From the NCBI RefSeq assembly GCF_009914755.1, contig NC_060936.1: DNA of 64,000 nt; one strand, written 5' to 3'. How positions within the stretch are numbered: the first letter of the stretch is position 1; each line of letters opens with the position of its first letter. The stretch comes from the human T2T-CHM13v2.0 reference genome, Homo sapiens. Below, piece after piece: positions 1 to 14,369 of the stretch. Made by a program: the position numbers and the translations under genes. The notes beneath the pieces were generated by a model. That model did not search any database and was not told the origin of the DNA. It was given only the letters and a program-made list of their open reading frames with translations.

Positions 1-390
<390 letters not shown>

Positions 391-512
391 TCAATTATGG
401 TTGTAACATTTATTCTCAGACAATTTTCCTACAGATAATTTACTAAGATGAGACATAGTATTTGTTTTTTTGCGTGTTTCCCCCGCCCCCCAATTTATTT
501 AGTTTCAGGGAT

Positions 513-825
513 TGTATTAGTCTGTTTTCACAGTGTGATAAATACCCGAGACTGGGTAATTTATAAAGGGAAGAGGTTTAATTGATTCGCAGTTCCGCAC
601 AGCTGGAACAGTTCTGCAACAGTTCTTCAGGAAACTTACAATCATGGTTAAAGTAAGCAAAGGAAGAACTTGCCAAATACTTACAAAACCACCAGATCTC
701 ATGAAAACTCACTCACTATCACAAGAACAGCATAGGGGGATCTGCCACTTGGGTCTCTCCCTCAGCACTTGGGGATTACAATTCAAGATGAGATTTTGGT
801 GGGGACAGAAAGCCTAACCATATCA
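513..825 (-). mobile_element. THE1-family (MaLR) solo LTR nested in L1
   Basis: TGTATTAGTCTG...CCTAACCATATCA is the reverse complement of MaLR LTR ends TGATATGG...CTAATACA. Confidence 0.85.
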
Positions 826-1975
826 GGGGGAATATGTGCAGGTTTGTTACACGGGTAAATGGCATGTTGCTGAGGTTTGTTGTATGCATAATCCCTTTAC
901 CCAGATAGTGAGCATAGTATCCAATAGGTACTTTTTCAACCACTCCCTGCTTCACTCTCTCCCCTCTGGTAGTTTCTACTATTTATTGTTCCCATCTTTA
1001 TGTCCATACATACCCAATGCTTAGCTCCCACTTATAGTTGAGAAGATGTAGTATTTGGTTTTCTGTTTCTTTGTTAATTTGCTTAGGATAATGGTCATCA
1101 GCTGCATCCATATTACTGCAGAGGACATGGTTTCATTCTTCTTTATGGCTGTGTAGTATTCCATGGTGTGTATGTACTACATTTTCTTTATCCAGTTCCC
1201 TGTTTCTAGTCATCTAGGTTGATTCCATGTCTTTGCTGTTGTGAGTAATGCTACAATGAACATACAAGTGCAGATATCTTTTTGGTGGAATGATTTACTT
1301 TCCTTTAACTATATATTTAGTAATGGTATTGTTGGGTCAAATGGTAGTTCTAATTTCTTTGAGAATTCTCTAAACTGTTTGAACAGTCACTGAACTAATT
1401 CACGTTTTCACCAATGGTGTATAAATGTTCCCTTTTCTCTGCAACCTCTCCAACATCTGTTATTTTTTGACTTTCTTACTAATGGCCATTCTGACTAGTG
1501 TGAGATGGTATATCATTGTGATTTTAACTTACAATTCTCTAATGATAAGTGACGCAGAGCATTTTTTTCACATATTTGTTGACTGCATGTATGTCTTTGA
1601 TATAGCTTAGATATTTGTTCCTACCCAAATCTCATATTAAATTGTAATCCTCAGTGCTGGAGGTGGGGCCTGATGGGAGGTGTTGTGTCATGGGGGAGGC
1701 TCCCTCATGGCATGGTGTTGTCTTCTGGATACTGAGTTGTCGTGAGGTCTGGTGGTTTAAAAGTGTGTAGCACCTCACCCCCACTCTTGTCACTTGCTCC
1801 TGCTTTTGCCATGTGACATGCCTGCTCCCCTTTTGCCTTCTGCCATGATTGTAAACTTCCTGAGGCCTTGCTAGGAGCCAAGCAGATGTCAGCACTATGC
1901 TTCCTGTAAAGCCTGGAGAATATGAAACAATTAAATATCTTTTCTTTATAAATTACCCAGTCTTAGGTATTTCTT

Positions 1976-2296
1976 TTCTTTTCTTTTTTCTGGAGAGATG
2001 CACCCTCCTCCGAAGGAGGTTGTGATTATAAATAACAAAATAAATATCAAATTTGTGTAGATACAGTTGATGAAACTGAGATTCAGGGAGGTGGTGCCAC
2101 TTCACCAGAACTCAACAACTAGAAAGTGACAGAGTGTTATAGAAACAAGTCTGTCTGAAACTAAAGCCTGGTTCTTTGTACTCAACAATGGAAATCTCTC
2201 CTCCTCCTGGCTTACAGGGGGAGTAGAAGCCCAGACTGCCTTACTCACTACTTTCTCCTCCACTTTGCATTCAACGATTGAATCTCAGATTGTTCT

Positions 2297-2298
<2 letters not shown>
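1976..2298 (-). other. Putative L1 3'-transduced segment (contains a MIR core at ~2062-2177) with its own degenerate poly-A
   Basis: Non-L1, non-LTR sequence between the L1 (TAA)n tail and a second T-rich tract (1976-1989), all inside the TSD pair 1961-1975 / 4618-4632. Confidence 0.8.
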
Positions 2299-4801
<2,503 letters not shown>

Positions 4802-7215
4802 TTATTGGAGCCTGGATAAATGGTTGTTGCCAAAATGCTGATAGTGATATGGACAGTGACATCCAGGATGCAGAGGTCTCAGATACAAATGAGAAACTTA
4901 TGGGGAATTGGCAAGATTATGTGTGTTATGCCTTAGCAAAGAGTGAGGCTGCATTGTATTCATACCCTAGTGATTGTTGGGCATTTGGACTTGAAAGTGG
5001 TGATTTATGATTATCTGATTAAAGAAACTTCTAAGCAGCAAAGGGTTCCAGACTTCGCCTGGCTGCTTCTAACAACCTGTGTTCAGATGTGGTAGCAAAA
5101 TAATGACTTATAGTTGGAACTTGTATTTAAAAGGGAAACAAAGCATAAACGTTTGGAGAATTTTCAGTCTGGCATATGGTAGAGAAAGAAAAAAGCTTTT
5201 TTGGGGGGAGTAATTAAAGCAGGCTGTAGAGAAATTACTTGCTAGAGATATTTGCATGACTAAAAAGGAGGCAAGTGCTGATAGCCAAGACAATAAGGAA
5301 AAAGCTACGAAGGCATTACAGCGATCTAAGAGGCAGCCTAGGAGGACTGAATGGTTTCCTCAGCGAGGCCAAGGGCCCCACTGCCCTGTGTGGCCACAGG
5401 ATACTGCTCCCCACATCCCGGCTGCTCTAGCTCCAGCTGTGGCTCAAAGGAGCCCAGGCACAGCTTGGACTTCCACTTTGCCTAATGCACATCATAAGCC
5501 TTGGCATCTTCCACGTGGTATTAAGCCTACAGGTGCACAGAGTGCAAGAGTGGTGGATTCCTGGCAGCCTCTGCCTAGGTATCAGAGGATGTATGGAAAA
5601 CCCTGGGGGTCCAGGCAAGGCAGAGCCCTCATAGAGAACCTCTACCAAAGTAGGGCAGAGGGGAAATGTGTGATTGGAGGCCCGACACAGTCTCTACTGA
5701 GGCACTACCTAGTAGAGCTAAGAGAAGGGTACCACGGTCCTCCAGACTCAAGAATTGTAGATCCACTGGCAGCTTGCACCTTGCATCCAAAAAAGCTACA
5801 GACACTCAACTCCAGCCCATGAGAGCAACCTCTGGGGATAAACCCGGTAAAGCTACAGCAGTGGAGTTTTCCCAGACCTTGGAAGTCCAACCCTTACAGC
5901 ATTGTACCCTGGAGTCAAAGGAGATTATTTTGGAGCTTTAAGATTTAATGACTTCCTTGCTGGGTTTTGAATTTGCATGGGGATTGTAGCCCCTTTCATT
6001 TGGCTGATTTCTCCCTTTTGGAATTGTAGTGTTTACCCAGTTCTGATACTTTCATTGTATCTTAGAAGTAAATAACTTGTTTCTGATTTTACAGACACAT
6101 AGGTGGAAGGGACTTGCCTTATCTCAGATGAGACTTTGGACTTTTGAGTTAATTCTGAAATGAGTTAAGACTTTAGGGGACTGTTGGGAAGGCATGATTA
6201 TATTTTACAATGTGAGAAGGACATGATATTTGGGAGGGGGCAGGGGTGGATAAATATCTAAATACAACTTGGTTATTTGTTCCTGCCCGAGTCTCATGTT
6301 GAATTTTAATCCCCAATGCTGAAGGTGAGGTATGGTGGGAGGTGTTTGACTTATGGGGTGGATCCCTGATAGCTTGATGCTGTCTTTTCAATAGTGAGTT
6401 CTCATGAGATCTGGTGGTTTAAAAGTGTGTGGCATCTGCCCCCTCTCTCTCACTTGCTTCTTTTTTTTACCTTGTGACATGTCTGCTCCCTAATTGCCTT
6501 TTACGATGATTGTAAGCTTCCTAAGGTCTCTCTAGAAGCTGAGAAGATGCCAGCACCATACTTTCTGTAAAGCCTGTAGAACCAGGAGCCAGTTAAACCT
6601 CTTTTATTTATAAATTGTCCAGTCTCGGTTATTTATTTATAGCAATGCAAGAATGGCCTAATACAGTCTTCCTTTGAGAAGTGTCTGTTTATGTCCTTTG
6701 CGCGTGTTTTAATGTGGTTGTTTTTTGTTTGTTGAATTGTTTAAAAATTCCTTATAGATTCTGTATTTTAGACCTTTGTCAGATGTATAGTTTGGGAATA
6801 TTTTCTCCTATTCTATAGGTTGTCTGTTTACTCTGTTGATAGTTTCTTTTGCTTTACAGAAGCTCTTTAGTTTAATTAGGTCCCACTTGTCAATTTTTGT
6901 TGTTGTTGTTGTTGCAATTGCTTTTGGGGACTTAGTCATAAATTTTTTGACAAGGCTGATATCCAGCATGGTGGTCCCTAGGTTTTCTCCTGGATTTTTA
7001 TAGTTTTAGGTGCTACATTTAGATCTAATCCATCTTGAGTTAGTTTTTGTATATGGTGAAAAGTAAAGGTCCGGTTTTATTCTGGATGTGGATAGCCAGT
7101 TATCCCAGCACCATTTATTGAATAGGGAGCCCTTTCCACATTGCTTGCTTCTTAAAAAATTTGTTAAATATTAGATAATTGTACGTGTATGGCTTTATTT
7201 CTGAGTTCTGTATCC

Positions 7216-9826
7216 CAGGGGTTCCCATCTTCCAGGTTATGGACCAGTAGCGGTCCATGGCCTGTTAGAATCCAGGCCTCACAGCAGAAGATGAGTGGTA
7301 GGCAAGTGAGTGAATCTTTGTCTGTATTTACAATGGCTCACTGCTGTTTGCATTACTGCCTGAGCTCCACCACCTGTCAGTTCATCAGCAGCATTAGATT
7401 CTCATAGGAGCGTGAATCCTATTGTGAACTGAGCATGCAAGGGATCTAGGTTGCACACTCCTTACGATAATCTGGGGAGTAGCTGCAAATACAGATTAAC
7501 ATTTGCAGAGAGTTTTGACTGCACAGAGATCATAACAAATCAGTTGCTTACAGAATCATATAAAAACCCCATCAGTGAGTGGCAAGTAACAATCAAACTG
7601 CATTTGGTGGCAGGCTTTATGGTGTCAAGAGAGTTGATGTACTTCAATTATACAGCTGCAACTTATGGCAGATTTTTAGTCAGAATCCAACACTTATTTT
7701 CGTCTGTGTGTGGCCCACTCATTATTTTATTTATCATTTCCATCCACACCTCTTTCCTGCACTGTGCACTTGCCTCAGTCACAGTTTTTGTAAGCCCACA
7801 AGATAACCTCAGCCAAAATGAGTAAAAGCCAAACATCACCGGAGAGTTTATTTGAAAACCGTGAAAGACTCTTCAAATGATGAGACATCAGAAGACTCTG
7901 TAAGACTGCCAACAAAAGGAAAGTTGCATCTAAAAGAAAATATCAAGATTTCCACTTAAATCACGAGTTCATTGCAACAAATGATTCACATTCTCCAAGT
8001 CCATTTTGTATAATATTTGGCATCTGGCTATACAATGAACCCATGAAACCTTCAAAACTTCTTTGTCACATGGAGACCAAGCACCCTGCACTAACCTTTG
8101 GTGTTTGTCAAAAGGAAAAACATGTAGAACAGAAGCAGTTATTGAAGGCCACCACTTTATCAAACGTGCCTGCGCCGACGGCATCATTCTTAGAGACTAA
8201 CCACATCGCTAAAGCAAAGAAGTCCTTTGCTATTGATGAAGAGTTAATCCTGCCTGCTGCTAATGACATTTGTCATGAAGTTTTAAGAGAGGCTGCAGTT
8301 TAAAAGATGACACATGTTCCTCTTTTGGCTAGCACCATAACCAGACAATTAGATGAAATAGCAGAGGATACTGAGAAGTAATTGTTGGAGAGGATTAATG
8401 AGTCACCATGGTACACAATCCAGGTTGATGAGTCTACTAATGTTGACAACAAGGTAACAATACTTGTCTTTATGCGATATGTTTTTCAGGAGGGTGTGCA
8501 TGAGGATATGTTATGTACACTTTTGTTGTCAACCAACACAACAGCTGCAGAACTATTCAAGTATTTGAATAATTACATCTCAGGAGAATGGAATTGATCA
8601 TTTTGTGTCAGTATATGCACAAATGGAGCAGCTACCATGACTGGACAGCTTTCTGGTTTCACTACTCAGGTCAAAGAGGTTGCTTCTGAATGGAAGTTAT
8701 GCATGGTGGCATCCTTAAAGAAATGCTGGCTAGCTCAAAAATGTCACTTGAAATTAATGTTTTGCAGGATATGACTAAAATTGTCAACCACATTAAAGTG
8801 CATGCCCTTAACTCACATCTGTTTGCACACGTACGTGAGAAGATGGATGCAGAGCATGCATGTCTTCTCTTATACAGAGAAGTGAGATGGCTTTCTAAAG
8901 GTAGATCACTGGCCAGAGTTTTTGAGCTATAAGAGCCACTCCAAAGATTTATTTTAGAAAACACCCACCACTGGCAGCACATTTCAGTAACACAAAAAGT
9001 GTCCTCACATTTGCTTACTTCTATGACATATGACACCTCAACAAACTCAACCTGTCACTTCAGAAGAGAACAATAATTGTGTTCAAGTCGGCAGATAAAG
9101 TGACTGCATTCAAAGCCAAACTGGAATTTTGGATGCAACAAGTGAACACAGAGATTTTTTATATGATTCAGACAGTAGCAGAGATTTTTGAAAGAGACTG
9201 AGCCAAGGCCTCCTTTCTCCGAGCTGCTGCATCATTGCCTATCTCAGCTTTCAAAAGAGTTTGAGCATTATTTCCCAACCACAAAAGACCCCTGAACTGA
9301 GAAGGAATGGATCTGTGACCATTTGTGAATAAGCCAGGTGAATTGACTTTGGCCAGGCTAGAAGAGGATCAACTGCTTGAGACTGCAAATGATGGTGGCC
9401 TTAAAAGTACATTTGAGACAACTTCAAATCTCCATACATTCTGAATTAAAGTCAAAGCTAGATATCCTGAGTTTGCCAGAAAAGCGCTGGAAAGCCTGCT
9501 TCAATTTGCAGCATTTAATCTTTGTGAAACAGGGCTTTCTGGAGAGATAGCAACCAAAATGAGATTACTTTGTAGACTGGACATAAGCAACACACTTTGC
9601 ATGTCACTGTCTTCCATCACCAACAAATGGGGCCATCTATTTGCAGGAAAGCAAGCTCAGGGCTCCCACTGATTCTACTTTGTGGTGAGTTGTATAATTA
9701 TTTTATTATATACTAAAATGTAATAATAATAAAAATAAATTTCACAATAAAGGCAATTTGCTTGAATAATCCAGAAACCATCACCATGAAACCGGTCACT
9801 GGTGCCAGAGAGGTTGGAGACCACTG
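7216..9826 (+). mobile_element. Near-full-length Charlie3/MER1-family hAT DNA transposon
   Basis: TIRs CAGGGGTTCCCATC / GTTGGAGACCACTG; 8-bp TSD CTGTATCC (7208-7215) / CTATATCC (9827-9834); MER1-like 5' end. Confidence 0.88.
7818..9672 (+). pseudogene. Decayed hAT (Charlie/Buster-type) transposase ORF
   Basis: Fragments MKPSKLLCHMETKHP, SPWYTIQVDESTNVDNK, LLLYREVRWLSKGRSLARVFEL match Buster/ZBED5-like transposase motifs; many stops and frameshifts. Confidence 0.85.
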
Positions 9827-12514
9827 CTATATCCTGTCCCATTGGTCTATTTGTTTTTGTACCAATACCATGCTATTTTGGTTACTATAGTCTTATAGCA
9901 TAGTTTGAAGTCTGGTAGTGTGATACCTCTGACTTTCTTCTTTTTGCTTAGGATTTTCTTGTCTATATGGTCTTTTTTATGTTCCATATTAATTTTAGAA
10001 TAGTTTTTTTTCTAATTCTATAAAAAATGATGTTGGTAGTTTGGTAGAAATAGTGTTATATCTGTAAACTCCTTTGGGCAGTATGGCCATGTTAATGATG
10101 TTGCTTCCTTTAATCCATGAGCATGGAATGTTTTTCCATTGTATTATCTCTGATTTCTTTCAGTGGTGCTTTGTAGTTCTCTTTGTAGAGATCTTTCACA
10201 TTCTGGTTAGATATATTGCTAGGTGTGTACGTGTGTGTTTGTGTGTGTATGTCTATTGTAAATGGATTTGTATTCTTGATAGGGCTCTCAGCTTCAATAT
10301 TACTGGTGTATAGAAATGCTACTGATTTTTCTACATTGATTTTGTATCCTGAAACTTTACTGAAGTCATTTATCAAATCGAGGAGCCTCTGGGCAGAGTC
10401 TTTAGGATTTTCTAGATGTAGAATCACATCATCAGAAAGTGAGGTATTTTACTTCTTTTTGTGTGTGTGTGCCTTTTATTTCTTTCTCTTGCCTGATTGC
10501 TCTGACTAGAACTTCCAGTACTGTGTTGAATAGGAGTGGTGATAGTGGACATCCTTGTCTTGTTCCAGTTCTCAAGGAGAATGCTTCCAGCTTTTGCCCA
10601 TTCATTATAATCTTGGTTGTGTCTTTGCCATATAGGGCTCTAATTATTTTGAGTTATGTTCTTTAAGTGCCTAGTTTGTTGAGAGTTTTTATCATTAACG
10701 GATGTTGGATTTTATCAAAAGCTTTTTCTGTGTCTATTGAGAGGATCATATGATTTTTGTTTTTAATTCTGCTTATGTGGTGAATTACATTTATTGATTT
10801 GCATGTATTAAAACAGTCTGGCATCCCAGTAATAAAGTGTACTTGATTGTGGTGAGTTACCTTTTTTTATGTGCTGCTAGATTTGGTTTGCTAGTATTTT
10901 GTTGAGGATTTTTGCATCTAGGTTCATCAGGGATATTGACTTGTAGTTTCCTTTTTCTGTTGTTGTTCTGTCACTGCCAGATTTTGGTATTAGAGTGATG
11001 CTGGCTTCATAAAGCTTTGCATCATGCATGAGGTATGGGGGAGTCCCTACTCCTCACATTTTTTTGTGGAATAGCTTAAGTAGATCTGGTGCCAGCTCTT
11101 CCTGGTACTGTATAATTCAGCTTTGAATCCATCTGGTCCAGGGCTCTTTTTGGTTAGTTAGTTTAGTTTTTCTTTTTTTTAAAATTACTAATTCAATTTC
11201 AGAACTCCATATTGGTCTGTTCAGGGTTTCTGTTTCTTCCTGACTTACTCTTGCAAGGTTGTGTGTTTCCAAGAATTTATCTACTTCCTGTATATTTTCT
11301 TGTTTGTGTGAATAGATGTGAATAGAATTATTTATACTACTCTCTGAGGATATTTTGTATTTCTGTGGGATTGGTTGTAGTACCAGCTTTGTTGTTTCTC
11401 AAGACACTTATTTGGATCTTCTCTCATTTTTTCTTGTTAATCTAGCTAGTAGTCTATTTATCTTGTTTATCCTTTCAAAGAAAGAGCTTTCAATTTTGTT
11501 TATTCTTTGTGTGGATTTTTAGGTCTAAATTATGTTTGGTTCTGTGGTGATTTTAGTTATTTCTTTTGTTCCACTAGCTTTGGGGTTAGTTTGTTCTTGG
11601 TATTCTAGTTCCAGTAGGCATGATGTTAAATTGTTAATTTGAGATTTTTCTAACTTCTTGATGTAGGCATTTAGTGCTATAAACTTTCCTCTTAACACTG
11701 TTGTAGCTGTTTCCCAGAGATTTTGGTATATTGTATATCCTTTTTCATTTGTTTCAAATAATTTGTAAATTTCTGCCTTAATTTTGTTGTTTAACCAAAA
11801 GGCATTCAGAAGCCAGTTGATTTCCCTGTAGTTGTGTGGGTTTTGAGAGACCATCTTGATGTTGATTTGTATTTTTATGCTACTCTGGTCTGAAAGTATG
11901 ATTGGTATGATTTCTGTGTGTTTTAATTCATTCAGACATGCTTTGGGCTGAGTATGAATTTGACCTTAGCATATGTTCTGTGTGTAGATGAGAAGAATGT
12001 ATATTCTGTGGTTTATGGGTAGAGCATTCTGTAGACACCTATTAGTTCCAGTTGCTCAAGTGTCAAATTTAAGTCTAGAATTTCTTTGTTGGTTTTCTGC
12101 TTAAGTGATGATCTGTCTAATGCTATCCATGGGAAGTTGAAGTCCTCCATGATTACTGTGTGGCTAAGTCTTTTTGTAGGTCTAGAAGTACTCTTTTTAT
12201 TAATTTAGGAGCTCCAATGTTGGATCTGTATGTATTTAGGGTAATTATGTCATCTTGTTGGATTAAACCGTTTATCATTATGCAATGCCCTTCTTTGTCC
12301 TTTTGAACTGTTGTTGGTTTAAAGCATAGTTTATCTGACATATGTATAGCAACTCCTGCTCTTCTATGTTTTCTCTTGCATGATAGACGTTTCATGAACC
12401 CTTTACTTTGAGCCTATATGTTTTGTTAAATGTGAGGTAGACCTCTTGAAGACAGCAGACAGATGGGTCTTGTTTTTTATTCAGCTTCTCAATTTGTGCC
12501 TTTTAAGGGGGCAT

Positions 12515-12741
12515 TGTATTAGTTTATTCTCACACTGCTATAAAGAACAACCTGAGACTGGGTAATATATAAAGAAATGAGGTTTAATTGACTCACCTTT
12601 CTGCATGCTTAACAGGAAGTATGACCGGGAGGCCCCAGGGAACTTAGAATCATGACAGAAGCTGAAGGGGAAACAAAGCACCTTCTTCACATGGTGGCAG
12701 GAGAGAGAGAAATAGCAGGGGGAACTGCCACACACTTTTAA
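12515..12741 (-). mobile_element. Truncated THE1/MST LTR
   Basis: Starts TGTATTAGTTTATTCTCACACTGC and stops at CACACTTTTAAA without the other LTR end. Confidence 0.8.
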
Positions 12742-12985
12742 ACTCATCATTTACATTAGGTATATCTCCAGTGCCCTCCCCCCTCACCCCACCCTACCAC
12801 AGGCCCCAGTGTGTGATGTTCCCCCCGCTGTGTCCAAGTGTTCTCATTGTTCAATTCCAACCTATGAGTGAGAACATGCGGTGTTTGGTTTTCTGTCCTT
12901 GCGATAGTTTGCTCAGAATGATGGTTTCCAGCTTCATCCATGTCCCTACAAAGGACATGAACTCATCCTTTTTTATGGCTACATA
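12742..12985 (-). mobile_element. L1PA 3'UTR/ORF2-end fragment, truncated at both ends
   Basis: ACTCATCATTTACATTAGG...TTTTTTATGGCT is highly similar to 2422-2667; no poly-A, no TSD seen. Confidence 0.85.
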
Positions 12986-13729
12986 ATTTTAACGAACAGA
13001 GTAACACCTACAGAAAAAAATGCATAGTCTAGTATCTAATTTAAAGAACATTTTCTAGATTTTTAATATCTTCCATGAAACTTTACACACTTCCTCAGCA
13101 TCTTTTTCTCATGCTAACTCCTGATGGCTGATTTAAGCAACCTTCTCAGTTTTTTCCTTATGACCACTGAGTTACAGTTTCGAAGGCTCATCTAATATTT
13201 TGTAGATAGTATCATACTGATTTTAAGTTTATCTGGTCAAAGAGGAGGTCCCTCATGACAATATTGAAATACCTGAAGAATATGCTACTAATTCATTGGT
13301 TCTGTATTCAAATGGTAGGAAAATGACATTCTAATACTATACATGCAACCTGAAGCAAGGATTCAAAGTTCAAAGGCTCTGGAATGAGTTAAAAACTATT
13401 CTTTTAAGAAAAAAGTCGTTATATCTCTCCCTTGTTTTGTTCTTATTTGAATATAAAGCATTCATTCCCAGTGTATGCCTTTTAGTACTTTGTGCAATTT
13501 TTAATTGATAGATAATTATGTCATTCAAAAATATGTCACCCAGATGCCAGTTTAAATAATAACACAGTTTACAAGATATGTTTCACCAGGAATTTGGACT
13601 AAGTCCTCACTTGTAATTAATGATAGTGAGAAATACAAAGGTGCAATTATTTAGAAAAAAAATGGAAACTTTCTTCTAGAGTCTGGAAGACTGTATGACA
13701 CAGGTGATCTTATAACTTTTTTCTTCTAG

Positions 13730-13923
13730 GTGGTTTAGAATCTTTGAAAAATCTTCAACAACTAATTTTGGACCACAATCAGTTAATTAATACAAAAGGT
13801 CTTTGTGATACACCTACCATTGTATACCTAGATTGCTCCCATAATCATCTTACTGATGTAGAGGGCGTTGAAAATTGTGGATTGCTCCAAATATTGAAGT
13901 TACAGGGAAATTATCTGAGTGAG
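13730..13923 (+). CDS. LRRIQ1: LRRIQ1 internal exon, LRRs (GLESLKNLQQLILDHNQLINTKGLCDTPTIVYLDCSHNHLTDVEGVENCGLLQILKLQGNYLSE)
   Basis: ttttttcttctag| acceptor, GAG|gtaatt donor, LxxLxLxxN repeats, phase 1 in / phase 0 out. Confidence 0.9.
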
Positions 13924-14241
13924 GTAATTGCTTTGAATTAATTGATTTCTGTGATAAAGCAACACTTTTCTTTTGATAGAAATACCAATCACATATTAAA
14001 AGCAATTTTGAATAATTATTTTGTTCATTTTTCACCATGAAGTAACCTTTATCAAGAATATTAAATATTATACAGTTAATTAATAGAAATTTTATTCATA
14101 TTTAAAAAGTCTTATACCTTATGATATGCACTTTATCAGAATCTATCTGTTGTTAGTTTTGGAAGGTTGTGTATTTTTTAATTGGGCTAAATGATAAAAT
14201 ATTTTGCTTAATATAAACTAATGAACCAAATTTAAATATAG

Positions 14242-14369
14242 CTTCCATCCTTGGAGAATCTTGTTTTACTAAGAGAATTGCACTTGGATGATAACAGCAT
14301 TTCAACTGTGGAAGCATTTTCTTCATACTGGCTGCCTTTACTACAAAATATTACTATCTCTCAAAACAG
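14242..14369 (+). CDS. LRRIQ1: LRRIQ1 exon, LRR (LPSLENLVLLRELHLDDNSISTVEAFSSYWLPLLQNITISQN)
   Basis: atag| acceptor, AG|gtaaaa donor, continues frame, phase 0 to 2. Confidence 0.88.

Noticed and set aside
5256-5822. 188-aa ORF
   Set aside because: Lies in the degenerate MST internal region with neighbouring frames broken; no splice support.
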